Source of the DNA: Octopus sinensis | Lineage: Eukaryota | Length of the DNA: 64,000 bases | Reading direction: 5' to 3' | Assembly: GCF_006345805.1 (NCBI RefSeq) | Contig: NC_043003.1 | Location: 110,856,001-110,920,000 of the forward strand | In this document: piece by piece, positions 12,752-27,012 of the stretch | Layout: every line of letters begins with the position of its first letter | Position numbering within the stretch: the stretch's first letter is position 1 | Made by a program: the position numbers and the translations under genes | Notes under the pieces: generated by a model | What the model saw: the letters and a program-made list of their open reading frames with translations, nothing else | The model's database searches: none | Told to the model about the DNA's origin: nothing

Positions 12752-14399
12752 ATGCATGGGTATGTATACATACACACACACAACACATATATATATATAT
12801 ATATTATATATATATATAATATAGATGCACACATGTATATTTAAATGTTTATACTCGTACATACACTTATATACATCTCCATATGCATATATAGATATAT
12901 GTATTTACTCCTGTATGTAATGACGTGTGTTTAGTTGTATCTTATTACACCGTGTTTTATTGTGTTGTCTTTGTTTATGTCAGTGTAAGAGCTAATCATT
13001 TCGAATTTATCTCTATTATTATATTTATACAGATAATAATTATCTTCGTAAAACTCATTATCGGTGGTAGACTTTGTGCAACTAATTGCATTAGTCTGTG
13101 ATGTTTTGATAATACAACATATTATAACAATTAAGCCCATATAACAACAAACATTGTTTGATCACGCAACATTCTGATCTTTCGACTATGACTGTGATGC
13201 CGTAAATCATTCCCATATCGTAGTAGTTTCCAACTGTTCGTTCGACGTGTTATAAATTTCTCTCATATCATAGGGATCTCCATATTCCGAATTTATTGAA
13301 AATGCGGACAGATCCCAGATCTAGCGCTTTTCAACATGTACCTTGTCAATAAGAACCAACCGATGTGCAGACAACAACAGACGCAAAAACATGGCATTTA
13401 GGAAAACTCAATATACAAGATTTCGTCACTCTCATGATTTGGAAATATGAAATTCACAGCAGTATCCGTTAAATTTGCTTGAATATGCCCTCCCTGTTAT
13501 CAAACTCGAAAGAACAGATTGGAAGGATAAATTACTGTAAAATGCGGAACAGTCTTTGGTGTTTTATTCACAAGGCAAAGACGGAAGTACTACAGTTGGA
13601 TAGACTTTCCTTCGTATATTTTCGCTATAACACACCTGATATATGTTTAATGACCAGCAACAATGTTGCAGTGCATGCGAAAAATTGCGGCTTATTCTTC
13701 CTCAAATCACAAATTACATTTTATAAAAATGAACGGGAAAATATCATATTTACTGTAGTAGGGATAAACACCCCAAAAGTCTGAGGAAGTCAACGACAGA
13801 AGGATTTTAATCATGTAACTTCTCACTTGACAATTTGTGGAACAATAAATGCACCTCCAAGAGCACAGTAATAGTTATAATAATAAAATACAAAATAATT
13901 GTTAAGACTGCAATACCTTGCAGCAAACTTGATCTCATGGTGCAAAGGTTCCCATTTTACAATCAGATTTATATCTCTCGATGTTCCTATAAAAGATTTC
14001 CTTTATAGTACGTTATTGTTTCATTAAAATCAAAGATGCATCTCCTTCTATGTGAGCTCCATCGTTTGCCATTTTTCTCTGTTTCGGAAGTTATGTTTGA
14101 CATTTATTACTCGTCCGATAACCTTTAGAAGTTTATATATTCCACTAATTTTTTTTTATGTAGTTATTAATAGAATTAATATGGCGTGTAAGAACATATT
14201 GATATCAATTATTTTTAAAATACTCAGAATAATTTGCTGGAGCAAATTAATAACATCAAATGAAAGAACTAACATGCAACTTACGATAAATAAGATAGAT
14301 ATTTGTATACTTCTAACTGCTTGCGCAAACAAAAAATAATAAGGTGATATATTAACGGAATTCACACATACACACACACACGCACACATACACACACAC

Positions 14400-14472
<73 letters not shown>

Positions 14473-15783
14473 ACATACAGAGAGAGAGAGAGAGAGAGAG
14501 GGGGGAGACAAATATGTAGAGATGGAGAATGGTTTAAAGATTTCACCTCTATATGTAAAATTTATATATATGTATCTATATATGTATGTATATATTAATG
14601 TTTTATATCCAGTTATAGTAAAATCAATTTTACATTAATCTAAAGAGTCACTTCATAGTTTATAGATTACAGAATTATTATTCTTCAAGAGGAATCATAC
14701 TGATGATGACTTAGAAGTTCTTTCCTCACCATAGACTATATAAGACCAAAAGTAGGTTCAATGCCTTGCAGTCCGAAGACTAGCAACTGGAACTAATGTA
14801 TAAAGCGGACGGCTTGATATTAGATGTAGATATTATTTACGTGTGGCTTTTTTCCCACTGAATCTATTTGCTTATTTCTGATGTATAATTATTTCATTTA
14901 TCTTGAAACAACATCAGTATTTCTCAAAGAACGCTTTCCAAAAATCTTCCAAATATTATCAAGAAAATATTCCAGTACCTGGGGACAACTGAAATAGACT
15001 CCAGAATTAAAACTATTGAAAAGGTTGAACGACGCAACGAAAATTATAGAGATATAAAAGAGAAATAAGTGGAAATTTTACCGGTGAGTGTGTTAGATTA
15101 TAAGGCATTGAAAGAGGATGAATCTCCCCATACACGACAGAATATGCTTCAACACACGAGCGTGTGTATGTACGTGTGTGTGTTTATATTTATTCCTTTG
15201 TATACCATATATATATATCTATATACATCTACTTAAGACACTGATAGAATAAGTGCTGGACTTACAAAGAATAAATCCTGTGGTCGATATATAGACAGCT
15301 ATATATGTATGTATATATATATATATGTGTGTATATATGTGTATGTAGATGTATACAGATATATATGTGTGCGTATAAATATGAATACGCAGACAACGAG
15401 AAGAAAAGAATGGAAAACAAAACAAGTTACACAAAAACACCCGTCAGCAGTCGCCGGCTATCTATCTACTCCTTATTTCGAGCATTGAACGACAATATGA
15501 GTCTTCGAACACGGTTTCCCTCATAATCTCCAAAATAATAATTTGGATTTGCAGATCGTGAAAGGTGGGAACGAAAGCAGGACAATGGCGACATATAAGG
15601 AAACCGAACGAAAACAAACATGGAGGGTCGTGAAAATAGTGAACGGCGAGAGAAATATTCTCTTTGAAAAGTTTAAGGATAGAAGAGAGATATAGAAGAC
15701 ATCCAGTCCTCAGGACGTCGTGCAAGAAAAGAAAGATGCTCAAATGTAGAAAAGAAAGAGGGATGATGGTCGCGTGTGAGCAA

Positions 15784-15821
<38 letters not shown>

Positions 15822-15826
<5 letters not shown>

Positions 15827-16110
15827 CCTCACGCCGACCAATGCCTTGTGACAGGATTTCGTACACACCAGCTGAAAGAAGACTGTCGCGTATATATGTA
15901 TGTGTCAGTAAGTGTGTGTGTCTGTGCTTGTACCCCAACATTGCTTGACAGCCAATGGTTAGGTTCCCATAACTTAGCCGTTCGGCTTAAGACACTGATA
16001 GAATAAGTGCTGGACTTACAAAGAATAAATCCTGTGGTCGATTTGTTCGACCAAGGGCGGTACTGCAGCATAGCTGCAGTCACTTGACTGAGACAATTAA
16101 AACAATAAAA
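15822..16110 (+). mobile_element. 3' part of a SINE with an internal microsatellite
   Basis: Similar to 55620-55810 and to the reverse complements of 36005-36120 and 46855-46970. Confidence 0.65.
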
Positions 16111-17184
16111 AAGCTGCCATTTTAATCCCGAGCAAGGCCGAGTTTCTCTGCAAGTCATGAATATTTCTCATTTAAAAAGCGTGCATTTGAAATGTTATAG
16201 TTAAAATGCCGTTTCCGACACAAAAGAACGTAACAAATAAATTATTCTATCTTTGCTTTATATTTATGTACATTGTGAATTAAACTGAAAGTATTTGCTG
16301 ATGTATATATATAAAACAATGTTTCGTTCGTTCGGATTTACTAGAGAATGTTGTTAGTGGCTGTAGCTTAAATGTATTAGGAAGAAATGGCTAAGTACAG
16401 GTTTAGCATACTACAAGGTATAAACCCAAAAACACACACACACACACATATATATATATACATATACAGCGTATGCATACACATTTAAACGCATGAATAT
16501 ATATCTCTATACCATTATATATTATGCATGAATGAATGTGAATATATATGTGCATATGAATATGTTCGTGTCAGAGGAATGTATGCATATATACATATAA
16601 GTTCAGCTTGTGATTTCAAATGATTGTTCTATTGCAAAATGGCTGCTCATTTAAATATTTACTTTAGAGATTTGCATTTATTTGTTTCTTTTTCGTTTTT
16701 ATATTTTTATGTTTAGCCGTAGCTAATGTAAGTCCAAATTTACGCATTTTTCAGGTTTGTGTACCGCGTTATAACTGTAAAGAACTATATGCGTTCGCTT
16801 GTTATTTTCATCGGTGCGGATACACTTAATACGCTTCATTGAAAAGTCCTTTCACTGAAGACACTCCAGACTTGACCGTTGTTTTTTTTTATTATCTCAT
16901 CTGACAATGAAGATTCTTTTTTAAAAATATATATGACCCAGCGGAAAACAATCTAGCAGAACATGCCACCGCTTAGAGATTCTGTCACTAAATTATATCT
17001 ACAATTTTAGTGTAATAAAGAAATAAAAAAAAAATATAACGAAAGCATGATGAAATAAGACGATGTTTGTCTGACAATAATTAAAACGTATCATTACATA
17101 GAAGTAATTTTATTTTTTGTAGCATAATCGTTTTGATAAAGAAAACTAAATATTAGCTCTATTTAAATCATAAGAATCACTTAC

Positions 17185-17250
17185 ATTACAGAAGACGTTT
17201 GGAGCCATCTGGGGTGAGAAGTTTCCGAGAATGATACGAACATCTTTCTC
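17185..17250 (-). CDS. GABBR2: Internal coding exon (66 bp, phase 0/0) of a GABA-B receptor subunit
   Basis: Minus strand: acceptor cctttttctttcacag|, donor |gtaagt. Translates EKDVRIILGNFSPQMAPNVFCN, matching the GABA-B R2 motif DVRIILGxF...VFC. Confidence 0.9.
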
Positions 17251-17616
17251 CTGTGAAAGAAAAAGGAAAGGGTAGGTTATAGCTTCTCAAAGATGTCATA
17301 TAAACAAATATAAAATACTATCATAAACGTGCATTTATTTATTTAATTATATATATACATATATGTATATATATATCTGATATCCTGGTCGGTCACGGTG
17401 ATCACGGTGAAGTAGAAAAAATAGTCATAACACTTTGACTGCTATTTCTAAATTCGGTGTGTGGTGAGGCAAATCGTTGCTAAACCCTTAATTACTTAGT
17501 ATTACTTAAACCTTCCTTGAATGGGGCTTTTACATGCCGAAACCTACTTGGTGAAATTAATGATTATTCCAAATTAATTAATTTCACCCTATATTATTAT
17601 TGATAATTACATTATA

Positions 17617-17662
<46 letters not shown>

Positions 17663-17676
17663 ATATATATATACAT

Positions 17677-17708
<32 letters not shown>

Positions 17709-18729
17709 CATTTTATGTATATATATATATATATATACATATATCTTACATATATGTATATACATACATTTTGTATGTATATATATATATATATATAATA
17801 TATATATATACATACATACATTTTGTATATATATATATATACATATATATATGTATGTATGTATATATTTATCAATGTTTGTATGGCAGTGCGTGCTTAT
17901 ATACATACATGCATAAATTCATGTATACATATATATGTGTGTGTGTGCCTGTGTGTGTTCCGTCAATATACTAATACAGCATTTGTTTATACATATGTAT
18001 ACAAAAGCATACTCATATACATATATATACATCCATACATATGAAATGAAATGACATGTGGCTAGGATTCACAGCGATAACCTACACTCCACGCAAATCC
18101 AAGCGCTTGTGCATCACCTTAACATTTCCTCGAAGCCTCTTAATAGAAGGAACAGTTGTACGCTAATGAAGTTAATTATAATATCTACCCCATTGTCATT
18201 AAGTTAATTCCTTATGTACCGCAATAAACTAACGCTTACTGTGAAGCATGTCTAGATTTGTAAAAGGAGTCAACTAATATTGACATGCCTAAGCGAAATC
18301 TTAAAATACAGGCTTACTGTGAAAGCATTCATATATGTAAATATATATGTGTTACGAACTGGATTTGTGTTGCCCTTTGGGAAATCGCCTACAAAGCTTC
18401 TCAACCTCCTGTATACAGGAATGATTTATGCGATAAATCTCGATATTGATATTGTTAAGAATATCAATTCCACCCCAATCCCATGTAAAAGTTCCGACAT
18501 CCACTTTTAAAATGTAGGTTACTAGAGATCTGATCTATCAAAATGAAGCTGTTTTCAATTAGTTAATCATCGATTTTTATCACATTGATTCATTATGATG
18601 CATGTGGGTTATGCAAATAATTTAGAAAATGAATTTAATGACACGAAGAATAAGATAAATGTGTTTATTGCATTGGGAAATATATTTAGATTCCTGGATC
18701 GTGTACGATATTTCAGGCTCATGAAAGTG

Positions 18730-18986
18730 ATGATCAGTATGTAAAGTAAAAGGAAAACTTTAGGAAGTAGATACCAATGTTCACAATGTGATATGCCACT
18801 GTGTGGGGTACTCTGTTTTGAACTGTAACACACTAAAGTCAAGTTTTGAATTCTCGTGATTATAAATACCTGAAGTTGATCTGACTTGTGCTGTTCAGTG
18901 AGCTTAATCAGGAATAATATGGCATGAGCGTCCTGCAAAAAGGATATAGCCTTCATAAATAAACAGTACTTGCACTAAAGAGGTTG
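18730..18986 (+). mobile_element. piggyBac-like transposon 3' relic
   Basis: SRYQCSQCDMPLCGVLCFEL*HTK matches the piggyBac C-terminal Cys-rich domain. gcactaaagaggttga near 18972-18987 resembles a degenerate right end (..agggTTAA). Confidence 0.55.
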
Positions 18987-19422
18987 ACGTAAATATACAC
19001 CGAACGTTATCTCGCACTAGGTGCTTAACCTCAACAGGCGAGATTACCGTCGCTTCACACAGGTAACCGGATGTATCATCGCCGTAATCTGGTTAACGCA
19101 GTTGATGTAAATATACGCCGAAACATTGTCATGCGGTAATTGCGGATCGCAGCCGAGATTTCAATGCAAGCTACTTGTTTTATAAACAAAAGTGTTGTCA
19201 TGAGGTTAATAGAAGGGAAAAATTCAGATATGCTATGCAGTACGAAACTAAGGAAGATTTCTTTAAATTTCATTCGAATTCCTATGTCTGTCTTTGATGG
19301 AATGAATGGGCTTCTGCCTGATATGTGAAACAGTACAGAGATGATTCCATTGCCCATGCCTCATCCTTTCTCCATAGACGCTCATATACATATACCCATA
19401 TATGCATTTATATATCTATATT

Positions 19423-20025
19423 AAAGGTACGGCGATAAGAACGATTTTTGTTCCTGTTTACGCGAACGCCCTAATGGAATATTTCGAACAACTCTACTAA
19501 AAAGTAGTGGAAAACTATAGCACTAAATTTTAGAAAGTATATTGAAAAGGCATGGAAGAGACACGTTGACGATTATTTCGTAATCTGGACAGAATTTCTA
19601 AATACTCTGGAAGAATTCATATCTGCCTGAGTAACCTACACCCATCTGTCCAATTTACAAAGGAGATGGATAGTACCAAATTACCATTCCTAGATATAAT
19701 AGTAATTAAGAAGGACACCACCATTACCACAGATATATACCTATTTCTTTATTACACACAAGGGGCCAAACAGAGAGGGGACAAACAAGGACAGACATAG
19801 GTATTAAGTCGATTACATCGACCCCAGTGCGTAACTGGTACTTAATCTATCGACCCCGAAAGGATGAAAGGCAAAGTCGACCTCGGCGGAATTTGAACTC
19901 ACAACGTAACGCAGACGAAATACCGCTAAGCATTTCGCCCGGCGTGCTAACGTTTCTGCCAGCTCACAGATATACACCACAAGCACACGGACACACATCA
20001 ATACCTGAATACTAAATGTGCACAT
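19423..20025 (+). pseudogene. Penelope-like reverse transcriptase relic (Neptune/Poseidon-type), interrupted by a SINE
   Basis: KGTAIRTIFVPVYANALMEYFE; WKRHVDDYFVIW; NLHPSVQFTKEMDSTKLPFLDI; TTDI|..HKHTDTHQYL. These are PLE RT motifs with stops and frameshifts. Confidence 0.8.
19738..19964 (-). mobile_element. tRNA-derived SINE with a 10-bp TSD
   Basis: Minus strand has gagctggcagaaacgttagcac, a B-box-like gagttcaaattcc and gcctttcatcctttcggggtcgat. TSD cacagatata at 19728-19737 and 19965-19974. Confidence 0.85.
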
Positions 20026-20646
20026 GATGGGGATTGCAGGAAATATTAAGTCAACAGAAGCGTCAGTAACAATATTTAGTGGGTGTAAATTTATATTACC
20101 ATAGCTACTCCTACCACCACGACCACCATCAACACATCAACAACAACAACGACAAAAATATTAAAAGAGATGATAATGGTGATGATGTAATTAAAATGCA
20201 AAAATCCATGGGAAATGTTGTTTACAAAATTTCCAAAAGTAGCACAACAATTACCGATTTGACAAAGGGCAAAATACAACTCACTTGACACGTTCTACAC
20301 ACTGTGACGCCTAGACCAAACAACAATCTACTTACATATTTTAGTAAAGCAATTCACTGATTGGTCAGAATACAGTTTGCAAAAGTTAATATTCTGGAGC
20401 CTATACAAATGTATTTAAGGCACACGGTTTAACCCTCTCACCACAGTTGTAAATTGTAAAAAATAAAAATACTGTCTCCACTAATGCATGAACCTGAAGA
20501 TTGCATTGTTTAATGTAGGAACGTGCTAGTTATTTAATTTTAAATTATTATAAGATAGTAAATAAAACGTGAAAATTAGACAAAGCTGGAATTTCTTTGA
20601 GTAATATATTTTTCTATACACAATCATACACGCCCGTATATATATA

Positions 20647-20689
<43 letters not shown>

Positions 20690-20691
20690 AG

Positions 20692-20731
<40 letters not shown>

Positions 20732-20743
20732 AGTATATATATG

Positions 20744-20798
<55 letters not shown>

Positions 20799-20974
20799 TA
20801 TATATATATATATATATACTTATACATATACATATATACATACATGCACACACACACACACACATATATGCATAAACAACAAACTAAAACTCGTAGATAC
20901 ACAAATTACAAAATGTCTACTGCTCATAACACAATACATTGTTTGAAACCTGTACAAGAGACCAGCAAAATAGG

Positions 20975-21510
20975 CCAGACAACAAATATAGTACAACCCA
21001 ATTTTCGGTTGCAATGTTTCAATGGAGATCGCTCGGGAAATGTTCGCCGCTTTAGACAAATATTTCCCAAAATCAAATTGATACCGTGCTATTTTAATAC
21101 AGACACACCGTGAAGGTATCTTACGCTGATTCTATTAATTTAGAGCAGCTTATGGATCGCCTTAATTATGGTAAGGTGAAACAACTGCTCAATAACCCAC
21201 CTACTGAAACTAGCAAATGTATACATCAATATACTAAGAAAGGAGATGTACACCGCAGCGATATACACCAGACACGGCTAAATAGTCATAGTCGTAATAC
21301 TAGTTATATAGCAAAAAAGGTAACGACGTCAGAGAATGAAGTCAGAACTACCATACACACAACTAAATATAATAAATGCAGAGTAAAATCATGATGCCCA
21401 TTGATGGACCTCTGTATGAGTACAAATCTTGTATATAAACGCACCCTTCACATAAGGGTTGGAGAGTATGTTTACATTGGGGAAACGACCGATACTTTCA
21501 ATTTTAAATC
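20975..21510 (+). pseudogene. Penelope-like (Naiad-type) thumb and GIY-YIG endonuclease relic
   Basis: YNPIFGCNVSMEIAREMFAALDKYFPK..TVKVSY..N, then CRVKS*CPLMDLCMSTNLVYK...YVYIGET..F. Confidence 0.7.
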
Positions 21511-21669
21511 TCTTGAGCCCTACGAAGTGTATTCTATACGGAGAATATGTTACTCATCTCTCTCTCTCCTTATATATATGTGTGGGTGTTTCTTTGTCTG
21601 GGTATGTGTGCGTGCGTGTGTGTGTATACATACAGGGTGTTATGGATGTGTTTATTGACTTCTCTCACT

Positions 21670-22400
21670 AAGTAACGCTACACGTGTAGTAGTCCAGTGG
21701 ATTGAGATGGGGATAGGGGTTATGTGATCATGAAAATTTTCAGCCATCCATTCCTGTGTTACTACAACTATGTGTCATAGTGCAAAGTTTTACTGAAACA
21801 TATATGGCATTCCATATCCAGGGCTTTTACAACACTTCGATTTAGGCGACAGATTTAACTCTAAGGCCTTATGGAAAGAAGTAAGATGACATCACATGTC
21901 CTTCCTTGCTAGCAACCCCTAAAACTATGACAGTTGCAGAAGGATTTGCACATAACCATCTATCATTTCTTCTGTTAAAAATTTGAACTTGGTCGAAGTT
22001 TTTCTCGTTTGAGGAAAACTAAATCAAATCTTCTGCTCTTTGTTTCAGATCCTTTTAGATCTGGTGTAATGATTTTCATTTGCTTTTTCTAACAAATTGA
22101 CCTTCCCTCATCATTTAAGACTTATATCTGATGTCTTCGTGGACAACATTTCTGACTCTTCCTTCTGACATATGCAGATCTTTTGCAATTGACCTTATGG
22201 ATTTTCAGGAATGTAATCAATGGTCACTTGAACTTGCTGGATAACTTCCTGCGTTCTGATGATTTCGGAGTGTTTAGAATGCTTTTTATGCTTTGATACT
22301 GTCGATACATTTTCAGCTTCAGTCTCTAGCTCTTTACAAACTTAGTAGATGAAAGATCTGTAAACTTATAAAATTTGAGATATTCCTAAATCGCTATGCT
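21670..22400 (-). mobile_element. Tc1/mariner-superfamily transposase relic (maT/DD37D-like)
   Basis: Minus-strand fragments SIRSIAKDLHMSEGRVRNVVHEDIRYKS; FSSNEKNFDQ..NRRNDRWLC; ATVIVLGVASKEGHVM; TQEWMAENFHDHITP; LNPLDYY. Confidence 0.8.
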
Positions 22401-22561
22401 CAGCCTTTATAATCACAATGACAGCATGCCTCTTCATTTCTTGAGTAAGCTGAAGGTCTACAATTATCATTTTCTGAAAACAAGATTATACAGAGGTAGT
22501 AAAGATGCAGCAATGACACAAACATCTTATGTCCTCAAATACCTTACGCACTCTGTATATA

Positions 22562-22650
<89 letters not shown>

Positions 22651-24412
22651 GTATATATGTGTATATACATATATACATGCACCTACACACACATACATCT
22701 ATCTACATAACAGCCCATTAACTATTGTACTCTACCAGTGTAAACTGTGTGTATGGGGGTATGATATTTACCATGTATATTTTCTATTTAGTATTGGGGA
22801 AGTTTCATTTATGAGCACGTGATCATGTATTAGTCTGAGTGTTGGGTCCTTTGGGTGCTTGGATAAGATGCGAATGTCATGTAGACCCAGGTAGTATGCC
22901 TGTTGGTCTTTGGTATGTTATTAGAGTATGGAGGACTGTTTTTTGTCGTCATATTGTCTCAAATTCTCATTTAGTCATTCAGCAATGCTCCTACATGTCT
23001 CCCCTATTTATGTCATATTCATGTCTTTAAAAGCACCTTCTATGCATCTTTTGCTGTAAACTACATGTCTAGTTTATAGCATAAGATGCATAGAAGGTGC
23101 ACACGCATATATACAAACACTAACACACACGCACATACATAAAAACGCGCAAACGCATGAATAGGCAGCATACATACAAATGTACACATATAAATAGATA
23201 CATATGTACACACACATATGCATGCATACACACACATGCATACATACATACATACATACATAAATGCACGCATGTATAGTCGCACACATAGTAATCTACA
23301 CACATGCGCATAAACAAACAAAAAGGAAAACAGTGTGAATAACGGACAGAGTCAAAACTATTGAAAACGTTGCAAGACGCAACGAAAACTTTTAAAAAAT
23401 AAAGAAAAAGAAGTGAAAATTTTACCGGTGAGTGTTTTAAATTATAAGGCACCAAAAGAGAAGATTATTATCTATTTATTGACAGCTCAATCTTCGATAT
23501 TTGATAGATCCGGCAAGAACCGAAATAGACGAAACAGAGAAAATGCCTGCTAAAAAAAACAAATATGGTGAATGGTAGCTGTACGTTTGAGTATATTTAT
23601 GTATGCTTGTAAGTATAATTGTATGTTTTATAAATTCTCATCGCAAACACGGAGATTTTATTTTCGTATAACTAAGCGGTAACTTGGACAAGTATCTTGT
23701 ATTACATCTCAATCCGACCAGTGCTTTTTATAAACGGAAACTGTGTGGATGCCTGTGATATACATATACATGATATGTTTGTGTGTGGAGTGTATCTGTG
23801 CGGTTTTAGGATTTCCCCACCACATTTCACCTGCTGTTGTTCTGTTTACACCAATTGTGATAGTGATAGAATACAGGTTAAAATTAGAACATCGAAAAAA
23901 GTTAAACATATATGTGTGAACGTGTATATGTATGTGCGTACCTTTATGGATGCATATATGTATAGGTGAGTGTATGTTTATGCGTGCATATATACATATG
24001 TGTGCGCACACATATATGCTTGGATATATATATACATGCATATATAAGTATATACGTATATGCATAAAAAATTTTTAGAAAATTGAATTGTTCTTTATTC
24101 ATAATACTAACAACATTTCATAAAAAAAAACTATAATTCCTGTTTCGCTGACAGATCTCACTTTCCTTACAAGCAACTTATCGTCACTTTTGAAGTATAG
24201 AAATAGAACAACAGACTATGTTAAATAGATGTTACGGAAAAAGTGTGAAAAGCCTGCAGCCAACGAGAGCAGGGGAGACCTCCATGGATATGTTGAAAGC
24301 AAGAGGGAAACAAATCAGAAGCGGACGAATAAAAACGAAGCAATAAACAAGTGTATATTTTTTACTCAGAATGGTTATTGTTACTTTCACTGAATGAGTA
24401 TAACATCATATT

Positions 24413-24799
24413 GTGGAGGCGCAATGGCCCAGTGGTTAGTGCAGCGGACTCGCGGTCATAGGTTCGCGGTTTCGATTCTCAGACCGGGCGTTGTGAGTGT
24501 TTATTGAGCGAAAACACCTAAAAGCTCCACGAGGCTCTGGCAGGGGATGGTGGTGATCCCTGCTGTACTCTTTCACCACAACTTTCTCTCACTCTTACTT
24601 CCTGTTTCTGTTGTACCTGTATTTCAAAGGGCCGGCTTTGTCACTCTCTGTGTCACGCTGAATATCCCCGATAACTACGTTAAGGGTACACGTGTCTGTG
24701 GAGTGCTCAGCCACTTACACGTTAATTTGACGAGCAGGCTGTTCCGTTGATTCGGATCAACCGGAACCCTCATCGTCGTAACCGACGGAGTGCTTCCAC
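24413..24799 (+). mobile_element. Young tRNA-derived SINE with a 13-bp TSD
   Basis: A box tggcccagtgg and B box ggtttcgattc. TSD ataacatcatatt at 24400-24412 and 24800-24812. Highly similar inverted copy at 56330-56713. Confidence 0.9.
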
Positions 24800-25562
24800 A
24801 TAACATCATATTACAAGAGACACGACACTCTCGTCAATAGCAGCAACGAAATCTACTTTTTATGGTGATCCTTCTTTTTCATTCTCTTTTTTTGGCTGGT
24901 ACAAAAAATATTAAATGATATTTATTTAGAATCTACACAGGATATACGAATAATATTTGCAACATTTTGCGATATAGTGATTTATATTCAGTTTATGAAA
25001 CAAAATATTGTCATTAGTTACCTTACTTCATTTTGGGTTTTAAAACAAACTTCTAAGGTAATTTTAGATGATTATATCAATTTAGAAGTTGCTTGGCAAA
25101 TGTTTGCATACCTCACTCTTTCACTTACCGATTTCTATAATGAACAAACATTTTAGCACATAACATCCGTGTTATTCGCCACTGAGGAGAGAAAATAAGT
25201 TCCAAACACCGTTCCTGACGATTTATCGGCGTTCTGAGACACGTCCTACATTTTTAACATAAAAGAGTCTGTGAGATGTTTCTCTCTGCCAAAATATTAC
25301 ATATAATGCTGCTTCATGTCCGTATAAATAATTGTTATTTCAAATGAGCCAATTGAAAGCATTCAAATTGAATAAGTCTCCTATGCATCTCAATGGCCAC
25401 GTTTCCGCTTATGATTGAAATATGAAAAGACATTTAATTTCGATGAGTTAATCGAAACCTTTCAAAACAAATTTTTAATAATTCTATTGTAATCATTCTT
25501 TATGGACAATAACTGTTTCCACAAACAACAAAGCAGATTCAATTTATACGTATTTTACATGC

Positions 25563-25604
<42 letters not shown>

Positions 25605-25606
<2 letters not shown>

Positions 25607-25890
25607 GTGTGGTTAGAGCAACGGACGCGCGGTCGAGGGAGTGCGGGATCAAATCTGAGACCGAGCGATGTTTTTATGAGCGAAACACCTAAGCTCCACG
25701 CGGCTCCGTTAGAAGGTAATGGCGAACTTCTGCTGACTCTTTCGCCACAACTTTCTCTCACTCTTTCCTCCTGCATCTTGTAACTCACCTGCGATGGACT
25801 GGCGTCTTGTCCAGGTGGGGAGCCTATGCGCCGCCAAGGAAACCGGGACACAGGCCCTATGAACCAGGCATGGCATGAGAAGGATCAAAC
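25605..25890 (+). mobile_element. tRNA-SINE sharing its 5' half with 24413-24799 but with a different, Meta/V-domain-like 3' half
   Basis: Shared acacctaagctccacg and ccacaactttctctcactctt, then cctgcgatggactggcgtcttgtccagg...ggaaaccggg. Confidence 0.7.
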
Positions 25891-25916
25891 AACACACACA
25901 CATATATAATAATTAC

Positions 25917-25959
<43 letters not shown>

Positions 25960-26819
25960 TAATAACAATAATAATAATAATAACAATAATAATAATAATA
26001 ATTATAATAAAAATAACAATGATAATAATTATAATAAAAATAACTATAATAATAATATGAGGAAATATTATTCCAAACTTACAGGGAAAATTCCTTGTCT
26101 TTCTGTATGAAACATTTGTGTAGCTACATGAATAATATTAAAAAAAATATCGTCTATATTAACATCTAACATCCTCCGTTTACGTAAATGTGAATGAATT
26201 TGTTGAACACTTTTGTAAGTTTAATAATATACTTAATACGTAGCTATACATATATACAAAGTATCGGTAAGATAGTATGACCCTCTACAAATCCCACACT
26301 AGCATATATAAGTCTAATTAGCTAGGAACCACCTTAAACTATTATGCATAAACTGTGACCACAACACCAATCACCCTCCATATTCCTTAATAATTTATTT
26401 TACACCTTCATAGGTCCCCTTTTATAATTATGAACTTCCTAAACTTTAGCCATATTATAATTTTAAACCATCCTCCCATAATCCGATTTGAGTTAGCTCC
26501 CTTTTCACTTTAACTTAGAGGTATCCCCGCTTCATTTACACTGCTGGTGACTAAAACTCACGGTTGATTAAAACCAATTTAATACCCGAGTGTACAGAAA
26601 AATGTGATTAGTGAAACTCGGAATTTCACACCAAAATAATATGCACCCCGCTTTGATTTCCCAGTGAAACCATAAACTAACCAATCTACTACAATGACAC
26701 CCACTCCCTAGCGGAATAATCAACTTAAGAACATAATATAATGTTAGAATAACAAATTTTAACTATTACCATTACCATTGTATCAATTTATTTTTCACAT
26801 TCTGAAGATATTTACTAAA

Positions 26820-26976
26820 ACTAGGAAGAAGAGTAAGAAGGGGAGTAGAGGATGAAAAGGGGAGGAAGAAGGAGAATAAGAAGAAGGAGGGGAGGGGAGA
26901 AGGAAAAGAAGGAGGAGGAAAAAAGGAGGAAAAGAAGAAGAAGAAGAAGAAGCAGAAGAAGAAGAAGAAGAAGAAG

Positions 26977-27008
<32 letters not shown>

Positions 27009-27012
27009 GTAG
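26820..27012. repeat. Polypurine/(GAA)n tract
   Basis: Read directly from the sequence. Confidence 0.95.

Noticed and set aside
15465-15515. Hairpin followed by GAAA on the minus strand
   Set aside because: There is no CUGANGA-like segment between the stems, so it is not called a hammerhead.
16715-16900. Plus-strand branch point and acceptor (gctaat..ttttcag)
   Set aside because: No convincing donor or reading frame, and it is antisense to the host gene.
17505-17560. ggc..gcc-GAAA-cctacttggt hammerhead-like half
   Set aside because: The core (TTGAATG) and stem I do not fit.
21385-21400. In-frame TGA beside a Cys in the Naiad-type relic (possible selenocysteine)
   Set aside because: It aligns to Lys rather than Cys in the other PLE copy (CRIKSKCP), and the relic has other lesions.
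15009-23465. About 110-bp similarity between 15009-15120 and 23353-23465
   Set aside because: An ordinary old dispersed repeat with no diagnostic feature.
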